Origin: a virus
Taxonomy: Duplodnaviria > Caudoviricetes
IMG/VR virus record: IMGVR_UViG_3300026484_000545
Location: 13,832-77,831 of that record
Reading direction: 5' to 3' (one strand)
DNA: 64,000 nucleotides
Shown: positions 1 to 10,961 of the stretch, in pieces
Numbering within the stretch: position 1 is the stretch's first letter
Layout: each line of letters begins with the position of its first letter
The notes under the pieces: generated by a model
What the model was told of the DNA's origin: nothing
What the model saw: only the letters and a program-made list of their open reading frames with translations
Database searches by the model: none
Program-made: the position numbers and the translations under genes

Positions 1-1150
1 TGTATAACTTGATGCGCGTGATGACAATATTGTATTTTTGCTTGAAGTATTTATTATACGCTTTAAGTAAATCAGTAATTGCAGATAAGTACATTTTTTC
101 TTTTGCTGAAAATGCGGAACCAAGCTCAAGTTCTTCAGATACTATTTCGGAAATTTTTTCATCAGGATGAATTGCCTCAGGTAATTTAATACGAGGTGGA
201 ATATACTCGACTAATTCATCAAGTATTTCATCAATTGGTTTATTTGGATCTACAGGAATATCGAATTCGGCTGCAGCATCAATTATTACTTGTTTTACTT
301 GCCGTAAATCCTCAAGCTTAAGTTGCGATAATTCATCAATATGATTTGAAAAGTATGCTGTTAGTAATGTAAGAGCAGCATTAACTTTATCCTCCTGCTT
401 AACTTTAACCTTTAATAACTTTTCAACTCTTTTAACCTTTCTTTCTAGTTTTTCTTTTAATTCTTCATCAGTATGTAATTGCAACCATTTGTTAGCTAAA
501 GATAGTAGTCTACTTAGTGGTAAAATATCGCCCTTGACGTAAAGCGGAACGGTAAGATAATCTCCTTTTACTTTCAATGTAATAAGGATATGCGAAAAGT
601 GTTCTGTAAGTAGTTGTGGTTCTTTATCCAAAATGTGATAGATTACATTTAACGGTAAAGACCGGATGCTATTTTTTGTGATAGTTTCTTGAGTTTGTAA
701 ATATTCAGTTAAATCCCACAGAAGATCAAGAGCAATTGCTTTGTAGTTATTTGCGTACTTTAAAACCTTTTCATACAGTATCTTTAAAAACTCAATGAAA
801 ACTGTACGGGCTTTTCCAGTATTCCATCTAAGATGGTATCTATACTGAATTCCCGATATATTTCCAGTTAAATCCAGTAAAGCAGTTTTTCCTGAAGTTA
901 GGTAAGATTTGAAATTTGCAGATAATGGTATTTTCCGCTCTTTTGCATATTTCTTAATTTGCTCAAGATATTTTGCAGTTGCAATAAATTTATCGAGTTG
1001 ACGAATTATGAGTGCTGGAATGTATTTTGTTAATGCTTCCTCAAGTTGTAATCCGTTGATAAAACTTAAATCCAAACTGCATAGTAAAATCCTTTCATTA
1101 ACTGGAATCTTTTTAAAACGACGTGTAACCGATGTTAATTTTGAAAGCAT
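1..1150 (-). CDS. Large protein running off the left edge (not in ORF track); possibly the N-terminal part of a virion RNA polymerase beta subunit
   Basis: ATG at 1150 with GGAG upstream, open frame (MLSKLTSVTRRFKK...) to position 1; lies directly downstream of beta-prime #1. The function is an inference from context only. Confidence 0.45.
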   Translation of the reverse strand, partial: MLSKLTSVTRRFKKIPVNERILLCSLDLSFINGLQLEEALTKYIPALIIRQLDKFIATAKYLEQIKKYAKERKIPLSANFKSYLTSGKTALLDLTGNISGIQYRYHLRWNTGKARTVFIEFLKILYEKVLKYANNYKAIALDLLWDLTEYLQTQETITKNSIRSLPLNVIYHILDKEPQLLTEHFSHILITLKVKGDYLTVPLYVKGDILPLSRLLSLANKWLQLHTDEELKEKLERKVKRVEKLLKVKVKQEDKVNAALTLLTAYFSNHIDELSQLKLEDLRQVKQVIIDAAAEFDIPVDPNKPIDEILDELVEYIPPRIKLPEAIHPDEKISEIVSEELELGSAFSAKEKMYLSAITDLLKAYNKYFKQKYNIVITRIKLY

Positions 1151-1176
1151 ACTATCAAAACTCCTGCGTTTATTTT

Positions 1177-4100
1177 CTAAAATTCATTAAGCAATATTTT
1201 TTCGAAGAAGGAATTTGTACTTTCTTTGCTAGAAAGTAATGCATAAAATAGTGCGCGTTTTGGATTTTCGAATGCAAGTCCAAGAAGTGGAGATTCTAGA
1301 TATGGTACTTGTTTCTTTCCAACAATAATGTATGGTTCATCTGGTTTAAGACGCATAGGTATAAATGGATTTTCTTTGTTTCTAGTCATTTGAGCAACAA
1401 AGATTTCAACATGAACTGATAACAATCCAAATTTCTTAACCATGTGGAGAATTTTCCAATATAATTCTTGCCATGTCTTGATGTTATATGCATTAAAGAT
1501 CCTTTCAATGTATTGAGCCTGAGTAGACATATCTTGAGTAATAAATACTATGTTTGCAAAAGGTTGTTTTGCATCAGTATATACTCTAATTTCAGAGTCT
1601 TCAATTACAACTTTTTCAGGATTCACAATTGGAATATCTAAACCAAAATCATGTATTTCTAATATGGTAACTGGGGTTCCTTCAACATCATAAATATACA
1701 CTAAACCTTCTTTGATAAAGATTACATCGTCCTGATAAAGGTATAAGGTAGTATTTGGGTTGAATTTTATCAATAAAGGAACTTTTGCAATAAGTTTGGT
1801 TCCAACTTGTTCTAGATATTTATGAACTTTCTCTTCCTTTGGTAAGATTTGAGGAATTTCGGATAATTCTGCAACTCCTCCTGTATGAAATGTTTTCATC
1901 ATAAGCTGAGTCATTCTTTCACCTAATGCTTGAGCAGCAACAATTCCAACTTGTTTACTATTTAAAACCTTGTAGTATGTACCATAACAGTTTTCACATA
2001 CTCCAGGATAAGTTTTACAGAAGATAGGTGAATAAAGCTTTACACGTTTACCTGCAAAACGCTTATAATTTTCAGGGGTTATCATTCCTTTATCAGTATT
2101 TCTAAACAGAAAGAGTTTTGCAAATTCTTCATCGCTCAATTCACCTTTTGGATCAGATAAAATTAACTCGAAATAATGATCTGTATGACAATTTTTCTTT
2201 GCAATATAAACATTTGCTGCAACGTATGTAAGCTGTCTGGATAAGTACCCAGATTTTGCAGTATTGATGGATCTGTCCATAGATCCTTTTATTGCAGCAA
2301 CAGATGCTTTGAAGAATTCTTCAGGAGTTAAACCTTGAATGTAACTATGAACGATAGCCTCATTTAGAATACGTCCGTTAGGATCTGTTACAAACCCTTT
2401 GGCAAGTAGCATTTGCTGAATATCTGTCCAAGATCCTCTAGCACCTGAGTCAATAAGATAATAAAACCCAGCATGTTGCTCTTTCAACCATTTCTTAATT
2501 TCTTCCATTGCAAGTTTGATAAGTTTTGTACCCTCAAGTAAATCAGCAGATTTTAATTTTTTCTGAATTCTTTCAATAAGCTCCTCAGGTGGGTTTAATT
2601 CTTCGAGAGTAATAGTAACTGGATACATGTTATTGACGATTCCAGCAATTTCAGTGAGACGATCCAAAATTTTGATAATAGTATGCTTATCTGTCTTATA
2701 GAGAGCATGTTGTAGATGATTTTTAAGATCCTTTTTACGAATTACCTGATCAAAGAATGTATCAAAAATAAAAGGTGGGTATACGAGATTATATATAACT
2801 CTACCGAGTGTTGTAGTAACTTTTCCTTTATCTCCTTTATATGTAACAATAACGTATGGTCCCTTTTGTTTAAGTAACTCTATCAATTTATCCAGTGGAG
2901 TATTATCAGTAACCGTTAAATTCAATGTAGGACCAGTTTCCTCATTTAATGTAAGCAAGTAGATGCCTAGTACAACGTCCTGTTTTGGAGAGTAGGAAAT
3001 TGATGCATTTCCAGGATTGATAACTTGATAGGTTAGTTTCTGCTTTGCTTCTTCAATTGCTTCCTCAGTTAATGGTACGTAGATTGCCATTTGATCTCCG
3101 TCAAAATCTGCATTGTATGGATCCGTAACAAGCGGTGGAATTTGAATAGTGTAATCATCAGTAAATACGTATTTAAATGCTTGCAAAGAAAGTCTATGTA
3201 AAGCAGGATCCCTTTTGAGAATTATTGCTTTATCCTTACAATACTTTTCTAGAATTTCTTTTAGTATTTTTTCTGCTTCTTCTGGTAGATGTCCATCTCT
3301 AAATAAGGTAGTAATGTAGGTAATAGTTTTTGCGGTAATAGGTGTCTTAAGAATTCTTTCTAGTTTTTCTCGATATGGAACTCCATCATCATCAAGCGAA
3401 TGTAATAAATGATATGCTAACCATGGTTCAAATAATTTTGCTGCAAGTTTATAAGGTATTGCAACAGTATCGTGAGGTAAATTTGGATTTACGGTAATAA
3501 CTGCTCTTGCAGTAAAGTCTAGACGTTTACCAAGAATATGCTGCCTAATTAACCCTTCTTTATGAGCAAATATGTTTTCTTCTTCTTTAAAACACTCGTA
3601 GAGTTTTTCTTGAATTGCCAACCAAATTGGAAAACGCTCGTCATGTTTAGGATGCATATTTTCTAAGTCTTCAGGAGTGAGAGCAAGTCTTTTACTAAGA
3701 CGTATAATATCCGCGTAAATTACATTTAATACGCTTTTACTTGAAATTTTGTCTTTAAAAACCGATAGATCACGAAATGCTGGAGGTAATACAAACCATG
3801 CATGAATTTTTACAGAATTTTTGTATTTTTGCAAAAGAGTTTTTAAGTTATCGGAAATTGGAACTTCATCTAAATTTTCTAGCAACCATGTAAAAACTTT
3901 TGGACCAGTTAAATCTCCGGTTTCAGTAAGTTTTAATTCACCGTCTTCAAATTTTAAACTTCCTTGTCCAATTAGAGCGCTGTAAATTTTACGAGCATGA
4001 GTTTTTAGCAAGTTGTATACGTATGGATGGATAAACCAACCGCAATCTCTAAGATCAATGTATGCTTTTTGATATGACCAGGATTCAGATCCTGGTACTC

Positions 4101-4227
4101 CAAATATGTCAGGTGAAAATAATCCTTCTGGATCAAATCTGCGTGATCCAGGTAAAAAAATATTTGGGCTTGTTACTGGTTTTAAATTTTTAGTATAATC
4201 TGCAGGATCAATTAACTCAAATTTCAT
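1177..4227 (-). CDS. rpoC: Multisubunit RNA polymerase beta-prime subunit #1, unsplit (probably the virion RNAP)
   Basis: GLFSPDIFG, GKRLDFTARAVI, RDPALH, catalytic NADFDGDQMA, bridge helix TAKSGYLSRQL, trigger loop GERMTQLMMKTFHTGG. Confidence 0.96.
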   Translation of the reverse strand: MKFELIDPADYTKNLKPVTSPNIFLPGSRRFDPEGLFSPDIFGVPGSESWSYQKAYIDLRDCGWFIHPYVYNLLKTHARKIYSALIGQGSLKFEDGELKLTETGDLTGPKVFTWLLENLDEVPISDNLKTLLQKYKNSVKIHAWFVLPPAFRDLSVFKDKISSKSVLNVIYADIIRLSKRLALTPEDLENMHPKHDERFPIWLAIQEKLYECFKEEENIFAHKEGLIRQHILGKRLDFTARAVITVNPNLPHDTVAIPYKLAAKLFEPWLAYHLLHSLDDDGVPYREKLERILKTPITAKTITYITTLFRDGHLPEEAEKILKEILEKYCKDKAIILKRDPALHRLSLQAFKYVFTDDYTIQIPPLVTDPYNADFDGDQMAIYVPLTEEAIEEAKQKLTYQVINPGNASISYSPKQDVVLGIYLLTLNEETGPTLNLTVTDNTPLDKLIELLKQKGPYVIVTYKGDKGKVTTTLGRVIYNLVYPPFIFDTFFDQVIRKKDLKNHLQHALYKTDKHTIIKILDRLTEIAGIVNNMYPVTITLEELNPPEELIERIQKKLKSADLLEGTKLIKLAMEEIKKWLKEQHAGFYYLIDSGARGSWTDIQQMLLAKGFVTDPNGRILNEAIVHSYIQGLTPEEFFKASVAAIKGSMDRSINTAKSGYLSRQLTYVAANVYIAKKNCHTDHYFELILSDPKGELSDEEFAKLFLFRNTDKGMITPENYKRFAGKRVKLYSPIFCKTYPGVCENCYGTYYKVLNSKQVGIVAAQALGERMTQLMMKTFHTGGVAELSEIPQILPKEEKVHKYLEQVGTKLIAKVPLLIKFNPNTTLYLYQDDVIFIKEGLVYIYDVEGTPVTILEIHDFGLDIPIVNPEKVVIEDSEIRVYTDAKQPFANIVFITQDMSTQAQYIERIFNAYNIKTWQELYWKILHMVKKFGLLSVHVEIFVAQMTRNKENPFIPMRLKPDEPYIIVGKKQVPYLESPLLGLAFENPKRALFYALLSSKESTNSFFEKILLNEF

Positions 4228-4248
4228 TGCAACCTCATTTCTGTATTT

Positions 4249-4824
4249 TTATTTCTGGCGACAGTATATCATGTAATTATGAGTACCAATAGGTACGTAA
4301 TATTCGTGATCATCAGGTAGTATAAGTTTTACAGTATCATTGATTTCTGTTTGATCTAATTCAATAATGGAAGTAATTTCAAAGCTTACCGATATATGAT
4401 CGTAGTATTTAATAAGGATTCTGTCTCCATCGTTAAGTTGATCAAGTGTTACAGGTATGAATTTATTCTGATCGTTTTCATCTTGCTTAAGCACGTAATA
4501 TAAATCGGGTAAAAATACAGTTGATTTGTTTGACACTCCAAATTTAACACCGTAAATAGTTACAGTGTAAGTTGTACTGGTATCTCTCAGGTATTTAGCT
4601 TGAATTGTTTTAACTTGCTTTTCTCCGTTTGAATCAAAGTAAAACCCTTGTATCGGCAGCTCATCTTCTTGCACAGGTATGTTATTTTCTGATGCCCATT
4701 TATGATATTTCTCAAAGTAATCAATAACAGTAAGATTTGGAAGAATCTTACGACCATCTGGTAAATACTCCAAATAACCTACATTTCTGGTATAAAGAAT
4801 GCTAGGAATAATAATTTCTGCCAT
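4249..4824 (-). CDS. Hypothetical protein with a degenerate Hint-like (intein-fold) domain
   Basis: Pattern FIPVTLDQLNDGDRILI...ITSIIEL...HEYYV...HNY resembles Hint blocks; splicing residues not evident. Confidence 0.4.
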   Translation of the reverse strand: MAEIIIPSILYTRNVGYLEYLPDGRKILPNLTVIDYFEKYHKWASENNIPVQEDELPIQGFYFDSNGEKQVKTIQAKYLRDTSTTYTVTIYGVKFGVSNKSTVFLPDLYYVLKQDENDQNKFIPVTLDQLNDGDRILIKYYDHISVSFEITSIIELDQTEINDTVKLILPDDHEYYVPIGTHNYMIYCRQK

Positions 4825-4850
4825 TGCCTAATACCCTCCTTTTGCTATTA

Positions 4851-5456
4851 TTAATTTCCATACATATGGCGAACCAAACTATTTTCGTTTATATAAATTT
4901 CCAGTGAATCGAAAAGAAACTTAAAGGTTGATTTTAGATTTTCGAGATTGGTTTTAACTCCCACATAATTACGATATATCAGGTTTCTACCATAATTTGT
5001 AAATAAAAGAATTGGCGAGCATATATTATTCGGCCTCTTTAGAGCAATTCCTTTGTACACATAGTTTTCGTTAAAATACAAAATGTATTCTGCATATTCG
5101 TCATACAGTTTTCGAAATACAAGCTTATAGCCATGATTCCATAGATGTCTTCTATCATTTTCATATAAGACGCATTCTTTATTAAAGAGACGTAAGGAAT
5201 CAATGTATACACTAAAAAATGGAAACTGCTCCTCGCGTAAAAAAAATACAAATGTACCTGAGCGATACAAATAATGCCAGTAAAGATAGCGTAAAAATAT
5301 ATCTGAGACTTTTTTACGAAATTCCTCACATGCATTATGATAGATATCCACAAATGATTTATTTTCCAAGACAGTCTTTGACAAACAATCAAAGTACGTG
5401 AAAATTCGTCCTGCTTTAACAAGGAAAAAGCGATTATCTAAAAGTAGACTTTGCAT
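4851..5456 (-). CDS. Hypothetical protein
   Basis: 201-aa ORF with GGAGG RBS, co-oriented with neighbours. Confidence 0.7.
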   Translation of the reverse strand: MQSLLLDNRFFLVKAGRIFTYFDCLSKTVLENKSFVDIYHNACEEFRKKVSDIFLRYLYWHYLYRSGTFVFFLREEQFPFFSVYIDSLRLFNKECVLYENDRRHLWNHGYKLVFRKLYDEYAEYILYFNENYVYKGIALKRPNNICSPILLFTNYGRNLIYRNYVGVKTNLENLKSTFKFLFDSLEIYINENSLVRHMYGN

Positions 5457-5499
5457 AAGAAATTACCTCCAAAATGCTATAAAACAGGAAAGGTGCTTT

Positions 5500-6195
5500 T
5501 TACCATACATCCAATTCAATATTTGGCGGTAGAGTTTCAAGACGTTCAATTACATATGAACGAATTTGTTCAGCTTCACTTTTTAAGGAATCAGCATTAA
5601 GGTTTATAGTTCCAAATGGCGTAGTTATCTCGCTATATTTACTACGAATATCTGCAAGTACGTCTTTAATATCTGCAACTGCTAAATCTAAAAAATATCT
5701 CTCAAATTGAGCAGGAATAGTGGTAAAGTCTTTATGGACTAATTCTAATTCAACGACGCAATTGCTTAAATCTTGAACCGGTACAATTTTAACTAGATTT
5801 GGTGGAATAAATTCGAATTGTAAATTCGTTACTTTTGTATATTTTGCGGAAACCTCAGCTTCTGTAATATCGTATAAGTAATTGATAACTGCATCGTAAC
5901 CAGATACAATAGGCTGAATTGGATATCCTACAATTACTAAATTATTTGGTTGATAGATTTTAACAACAGAAATTACACTTTCATTATCATCTACAGGTAA
6001 TTTCCAAGTGCTATTTGTTATTTTAAGCTCGGGACTAAATCTACGAAATGTTTTATAAGGTACAAAACGCGAAAAATATGGCAACGTGTAATTCTTGATA
6101 TACCAAATGGTTTGATCATAATTTAGCTCAAAAAAGGTATATGGAATGCCAAATCGTTGTTTTATAAAATTCCAGACTTTTAATTCAGTTAGCAT
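5500..6195 (-). CDS. Neck/head-completion protein (T4 gp13-like)
   Basis: N-terminal IKQRFG..FELN and C-terminal RSKYSEITTPFGTINLNADSLKSEAE match the pattern of myovirus neck proteins. Confidence 0.6.
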   Translation of the reverse strand: MLTELKVWNFIKQRFGIPYTFFELNYDQTIWYIKNYTLPYFSRFVPYKTFRRFSPELKITNSTWKLPVDDNESVISVVKIYQPNNLVIVGYPIQPIVSGYDAVINYLYDITEAEVSAKYTKVTNLQFEFIPPNLVKIVPVQDLSNCVVELELVHKDFTTIPAQFERYFLDLAVADIKDVLADIRSKYSEITTPFGTINLNADSLKSEAEQIRSYVIERLETLPPNIELDVW

Positions 6196-6197
6196 AT

Positions 6198-7598
6198 TTA
6201 TTTAACCTCAATTATTTCATATGGGATTCCCAGGCGAGAATATTCTGCCATTCTAGATAATGCTAGTTTTTCAATTTGCTTGTATTTACAATCGAAAAAA
6301 TCTACAATAAGCGGGGTATTTGTGTAGTTTTTATGACGAGTAATTCTTCCTTTACTTTGCTCAAGCGTTACGGAGTTTCCTGAAAATGGAGTGCTGTATA
6401 TAAGCGTATCTAGATGATTTATAGATAATGCATCAGTCATCATTTGATACGTAGATAAAATAATTGGTTTTGAATACTCCTTGATTGATGCAGTTAAAAA
6501 TCCAATTTGATCTTTAGAAACGCCAATATCAAGCAACCAATTACGAATAATTTCCAGATTCTTTATCAAGTGATTTAAAATTAGGAGATTTCTTTTACGA
6601 CCTAATAATGCTTTTATTGTATTTTTGAAAAGTTGCTCAAATTTCGAGTCCTTCTTATACAGCATCTTGTAATAACGAATGTAATTAAACTTGTTACCAT
6701 AGGTAATGTATTTGTAAGTTTTATCTGGAATAGCATTTTCAAATTTAAAAATCTTACATGTAATTGAAATGGGAGAACCTGCAGGCTCAATAATGTAGCG
6801 ATCAAAATAGTATTTTAGAATATTGGTTAATTTTGGATGTTGCTTTCTAGGAGTAGCTGATAAACCTAAAATTTTCTTACTTACGAAAAACATGGATGCT
6901 TTCGAAAATTCGTTAGAACCAATAGTTTTATGCACTTCGTCAACGATTGTAATTCCAGGACTGAATTCGAGAATCTTTTTAAATGCTGGATTCTCAGTTG
7001 GTAACAACGATTTTTTTGCAAGCGATGATAAGGTTTGAATGCTGGCAATAATAACTTTTGTATTCGGAGTAAGTTGTTTTAGTTTTGAAGATCCAAATAA
7101 AATTAGAATTTCATCTTCATTTAAATTGGTAAACTTAAGGAGTTCATTTTTCCATTGTTGCGCCAGAATTTCTTTATGTACAACAATTAATGCTTTTAAA
7201 TTTAAATCAGTGAAATACTTGATTGCAACAACTGTTTTTCCAAATCCAGGATATGCCTTTAGAATACCAGCATCAATAGTTTGAAGCTTTTTATATGCAT
7301 CCTCTTGAAATTCATCACGAAATTGAATTTGATTTGAGATTTCACATTTTCCGTAGGTGTAATAGGTTTCAATTGTTTCCTGAGGAAATTTTATGAAGTA
7401 AGGATAAAATTTAGGTGTTGCTACAATTTGCTGCTCATTACTTTCATCTAAAATATGGTAATGCTGATAAATTTGTGTTTCTTCAAAACCTTGTGTTTCA
7501 ACGTATAAGTCGGAATGAATTCGCGTTAAAAGATTTGTATGAGTTTTGGGGATACATAAATAAGAAAATCCAAACGTTATACATCGCATTTTTACCAC
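6198..7598 (-). CDS. Superfamily 2 DNA helicase (UvsW/XPB-like)
   Basis: Walker A PGFGKT, DEVH, LSATP, QSKGRITR. Confidence 0.9.
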   Translation of the reverse strand: MVKMRCITFGFSYLCIPKTHTNLLTRIHSDLYVETQGFEETQIYQHYHILDESNEQQIVATPKFYPYFIKFPQETIETYYTYGKCEISNQIQFRDEFQEDAYKKLQTIDAGILKAYPGFGKTVVAIKYFTDLNLKALIVVHKEILAQQWKNELLKFTNLNEDEILILFGSSKLKQLTPNTKVIIASIQTLSSLAKKSLLPTENPAFKKILEFSPGITIVDEVHKTIGSNEFSKASMFFVSKKILGLSATPRKQHPKLTNILKYYFDRYIIEPAGSPISITCKIFKFENAIPDKTYKYITYGNKFNYIRYYKMLYKKDSKFEQLFKNTIKALLGRKRNLLILNHLIKNLEIIRNWLLDIGVSKDQIGFLTASIKEYSKPIILSTYQMMTDALSINHLDTLIYSTPFSGNSVTLEQSKGRITRHKNYTNTPLIVDFFDCKYKQIEKLALSRMAEYSRLGIPYEIIEVK

Positions 7599-7619
7599 CC
7601 TTTTCCTTAGAATTCAAGC

Positions 7620-7663
7620 AAAAAAAAAAAGAAAGCGGGTAATCCGTAACGGATTACCCGCTT
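7620..7663 (-). terminator. Intrinsic terminator
   Basis: 14-bp perfect stem AAGCGGGTAATCCG/CGGATTACCCGCTT followed by a long T tract on the minus strand. Confidence 0.9.
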
Positions 7664-7896
7664 GTTGATGTAGTTGACGGCATTGTAAAGTTTACGAAAT
7701 CATAATTTTGTGCTTCTTCTTCTGTTGCGAATGGACCAATTAACATAACTCTATCGTTTGCAATTAAATCGTTAGAAACGTACAATACAACCCACCAACC
7801 TGCAGCTACTGGATGAATAACGACATCGCATATAAAGAATCTTTTTCCAGGTTCCATATAATGTATTGCTTTTTTTCGAACAGGATGTTTAAGCAT
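7654..7896 (-). CDS. Small hypothetical protein
   Basis: 80-aa ORF abutting the beta C-half stop, GGAGG upstream. Confidence 0.65.
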   Translation of the reverse strand: MLKHPVRKKAIHYMEPGKRFFICDVVIHPVAAGWWVVLYVSNDLIANDRVMLIGPFATEEEAQNYDFVNFTMPSTTSTSG

Positions 7897-9702
7897 TTAA
7901 GTATTTTCCTCCGTTGTAGGTAGGTATTTTGCAGCTATTTCATCGGGATCCCATTTTTTAGCTTCAATTCTAGAAACGATTTGGTTTTCCACTTCTATTT
8001 CTAACGATTGTTCATATAATTTGACGGGTAGTAAAACATTAAGGTACTCCTCAAATAAACGGTAAACTTGTCCTTTGCTTTTGGCAAGTGTTTTTAATGA
8101 AACTTCCCCTTTCTCGAGAATTTGCTTTAAAGCACCCTCCTTCATTTTATGATTGTCGGATTTCAAAGTTATATTCTCGTATAAAAAGTATGGAACATCA
8201 TATGCAAGTAAATTCCAAATTTCCATTTCCCCAAGTCTTTGTCCATTTAACGGAATAAATTTCTTCTTACTATATTCTCCAGTTGATTGAACCTTTAATT
8301 TATTGAATGCAATATGTTCTAACTTCAACATGTACATTACGCCAAATCCGTATTCGTACTCTAAAAGTTTAGGAGCAAGATGTTTTATAAGATGCTTAAC
8401 CCGAAGTAAAATATTTTTCTCAATACAATCAAAATAGAATTGGAAACCATGTGTTAAAATTCGTTTAATTAGCTTTTCCGCATATATTTCTAGCTTGCCT
8501 TCAGTTTCGTATTTAACAAGCATTCGTTTGATATGTTGCATATAATCTGAATTCTCATCGTATATAACTTTGTATACATTTCGATACAACCAGTTTAAAA
8601 TCGAAGTATACGAATATTCATTTTTAAGCATTTTACGAATGTAAGTTGGAATTACGTAACGTGCAAGATAACCTAGATACATTTCGGCAATTTGTCCAGG
8701 GTTCATTCTAGAATGAACCCCAGGTGTTGATAAAATCACCTCTGGTATAAATGACTCAGGTATTTTACCTTTGAAATACTTTTTTATTTCTTCATCGGGA
8801 GCAATATAGGATACAACTCCTTTATTTCCGTAACGATTTGCAAATTTATCGCCTATTCTTAGTGGATGAATATAATGAATGTAAATTTTGATACGAATGT
8901 TAGGCTCCGGATTTTTAAAGTAGAATTTGAAGTATTTAGAGTACTTTGGAAACTTGCTTATAAGTTTTTCACATTGTTTTTCCGCGTTATATTTTTGTAG
9001 GAAGTTATATGTATTATCATCAAGTTTTAGATTTTTGAGGTTTCGAGGTAGATATACTTCGATTTTATCAACTACGCAATCAACTGGAAATTTCTCTAAA
9101 ATTCGTCCTCTAGGAAATGCACGATCTCGTAAAATCCAAGTACCTTCCGCAAAAGTTTTATTCTCTTGAATTTCTGGATTTATTGCAAAACTTGGATATT
9201 CTTTTGGATCAAGTTCAATATCGATACAATCGTAGTGAATGCTTGTTAGTTTCTTTGCAGCAGATTCTGAAATAACGATTGCGTCTTCATGTGTTCTGTA
9301 TTTGAACATTGAGAATATTACGTTTAAGTTTTTACCAAGCTGAATTTGATTATCTTTAAATAGCATATGCTGGGCAATAACTTGCCCAGCTTTAACTTGA
9401 TCATTTTCATTAACTTTAACCTCAAATAAACCTGGAATTGGAATTAAAACGCATTGCTTATCATTATATATAAACACGTAATCATCAATAAATTGTACAG
9501 TTCCGGAAATAGGAGTACGTTTCACAAAATATTCGCATATATCTAAGCGTAAACTGTGAAAACTTGCAACATGTGGTAATTCACGTTCAACTAAAACTAA
9601 TGCTTGTTTACTCATAGAACTTGCCATTTGGATTCGGTTACCATCATTGTGATTTACAAAAGGAATGTTGGATAAAACTGGGGAAAGAATGCTTCCGGAC
9701 AT
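7897..9702 (-). CDS. rpoB: RNA polymerase beta subunit, C-terminal half
   Basis: IPFVNHNDGNRIQMASSMSKQA, HEDAIVIS, GDKFANRYGNKGVVS, SRMNPGQ, YMLKLEH, GQRLGEMEIW. Confidence 0.95.
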   Translation of the reverse strand: MSGSILSPVLSNIPFVNHNDGNRIQMASSMSKQALVLVERELPHVASFHSLRLDICEYFVKRTPISGTVQFIDDYVFIYNDKQCVLIPIPGLFEVKVNENDQVKAGQVIAQHMLFKDNQIQLGKNLNVIFSMFKYRTHEDAIVISESAAKKLTSIHYDCIDIELDPKEYPSFAINPEIQENKTFAEGTWILRDRAFPRGRILEKFPVDCVVDKIEVYLPRNLKNLKLDDNTYNFLQKYNAEKQCEKLISKFPKYSKYFKFYFKNPEPNIRIKIYIHYIHPLRIGDKFANRYGNKGVVSYIAPDEEIKKYFKGKIPESFIPEVILSTPGVHSRMNPGQIAEMYLGYLARYVIPTYIRKMLKNEYSYTSILNWLYRNVYKVIYDENSDYMQHIKRMLVKYETEGKLEIYAEKLIKRILTHGFQFYFDCIEKNILLRVKHLIKHLAPKLLEYEYGFGVMYMLKLEHIAFNKLKVQSTGEYSKKKFIPLNGQRLGEMEIWNLLAYDVPYFLYENITLKSDNHKMKEGALKQILEKGEVSLKTLAKSKGQVYRLFEEYLNVLLPVKLYEQSLEIEVENQIVSRIEAKKWDPDEIAAKYLPTTEENT

Positions 9703-9724
9703 CCATCTACCTCCTTTATGCTAA

Positions 9725-10882
9725 TTAGTTAAGAATAAATCTCCCATATTCATCAATCGGCGCATCAATTGCCAAATGTCTATTTTTTCCTACGTTTTCA
9801 TTGTCTGGAGTATCAAGTGGACAGATATAATTTGTATAGGTTAAATGAGTATCCCTAAGGTATGCAGGTGGATTATCTAAATTTAATACAACTTTTGTTT
9901 TGTATGCAATTTCCTCAAGCGGATTTGTGAAATCCAAATACTGTAAAAGTTTACATGTTTTCGCATATTGCGTAATAATGTCATGTGGAATCTTTTGTTT
10001 TAGAATTAGACTGTCATTTTGTTTCTCAACTAGTTTCTTAATCTTTTGGATTTTGTATGCAAGTGGATCTAAAAGAGTTTCCAGATATCTTAGACGTTTA
10101 AATTTGATATGAATTTCTGAGTAATGCGAATATTTATTGTAGTCTTTCAGTGCTCTAATTAAAATTTCCTTGAAAGTTTTTATTTTCTCAACAAATTGCA
10201 AGTCGTAAGGAACTTCGGCTTCAAACCATTTTTCAATAGTCTGCACTTCATAGTTATAAAGCACATCAGTAATACCTGCAAACGAATCTGCAATTAGTTT
10301 TTGTACAGGAGTTACTTTATTGTTTTTGACGACTAAATATTTTTGTCTTCCTTTTACAATATAATAACCTTTTAGTTCATAATCACTAGGTACGCTTTCT
10401 AAAAGTTCATATTCGCCGAGAAATTTATCAAGTAGATTGTAATGCTTTAAAATTTTAAAGAGGGCAACTGGAGCTCCACCATTTGAAACCAAACCATCTT
10501 TTGTAACCATGAATTTATAAAACCTGATTTCACCGTTACGAATATAATAACCATTATCAATAATACATGAAACCAATATATGTGGTTTTCCAAGGTAAAT
10601 TACGTCTTCATAATTGGGAGTTACTACCTTGATAACATATTCCAATGTCTCATCAATTGGAATTACTCTCTTTTTAACTTTCAAAAGCAAGATATTTTGA
10701 GGATGAAATCCTTCACTTGAATATTTACTGGACAATTCATATTGTAATTTGATTTCGTATTTACCAGTTTCTTCAAGCTTTTGGAATAAAAATGGGATAT
10801 ACTGCGTAAGAATTAAGTGTGCATTTTCTTTACGCCATTGTAAAATATTTGTACTAGGAACGTAAGATTTTACAAACAACAT
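9725..10882 (-). CDS. rpoB: RNA polymerase beta subunit, N-terminal half
   Basis: C-terminal RDTHLTYTNYICPLDTPDNENVG matches beta region D (RDVH..GRICPIETPEG.NIG); adjacent to the C-half. Confidence 0.85.
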   Translation of the reverse strand: MLFVKSYVPSTNILQWRKENAHLILTQYIPFLFQKLEETGKYEIKLQYELSSKYSSEGFHPQNILLLKVKKRVIPIDETLEYVIKVVTPNYEDVIYLGKPHILVSCIIDNGYYIRNGEIRFYKFMVTKDGLVSNGGAPVALFKILKHYNLLDKFLGEYELLESVPSDYELKGYYIVKGRQKYLVVKNNKVTPVQKLIADSFAGITDVLYNYEVQTIEKWFEAEVPYDLQFVEKIKTFKEILIRALKDYNKYSHYSEIHIKFKRLRYLETLLDPLAYKIQKIKKLVEKQNDSLILKQKIPHDIITQYAKTCKLLQYLDFTNPLEEIAYKTKVVLNLDNPPAYLRDTHLTYTNYICPLDTPDNENVGKNRHLAIDAPIDEYGRFILN

Positions 10883-10926
10883 TTATTACCCCCTCTTCCT
10901 TTTTTTTGTACTAATTTTACGAGAAT

Positions 10927-10961
10927 TAAAAAATAGGACGAGGGTAGTTATCCCTCGTCCT
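10927..10961 (-). terminator. Intrinsic terminator
   Basis: AGGACGAGGG/CCCTCGTCCT stem then T tract on the minus strand. Confidence 0.75.
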
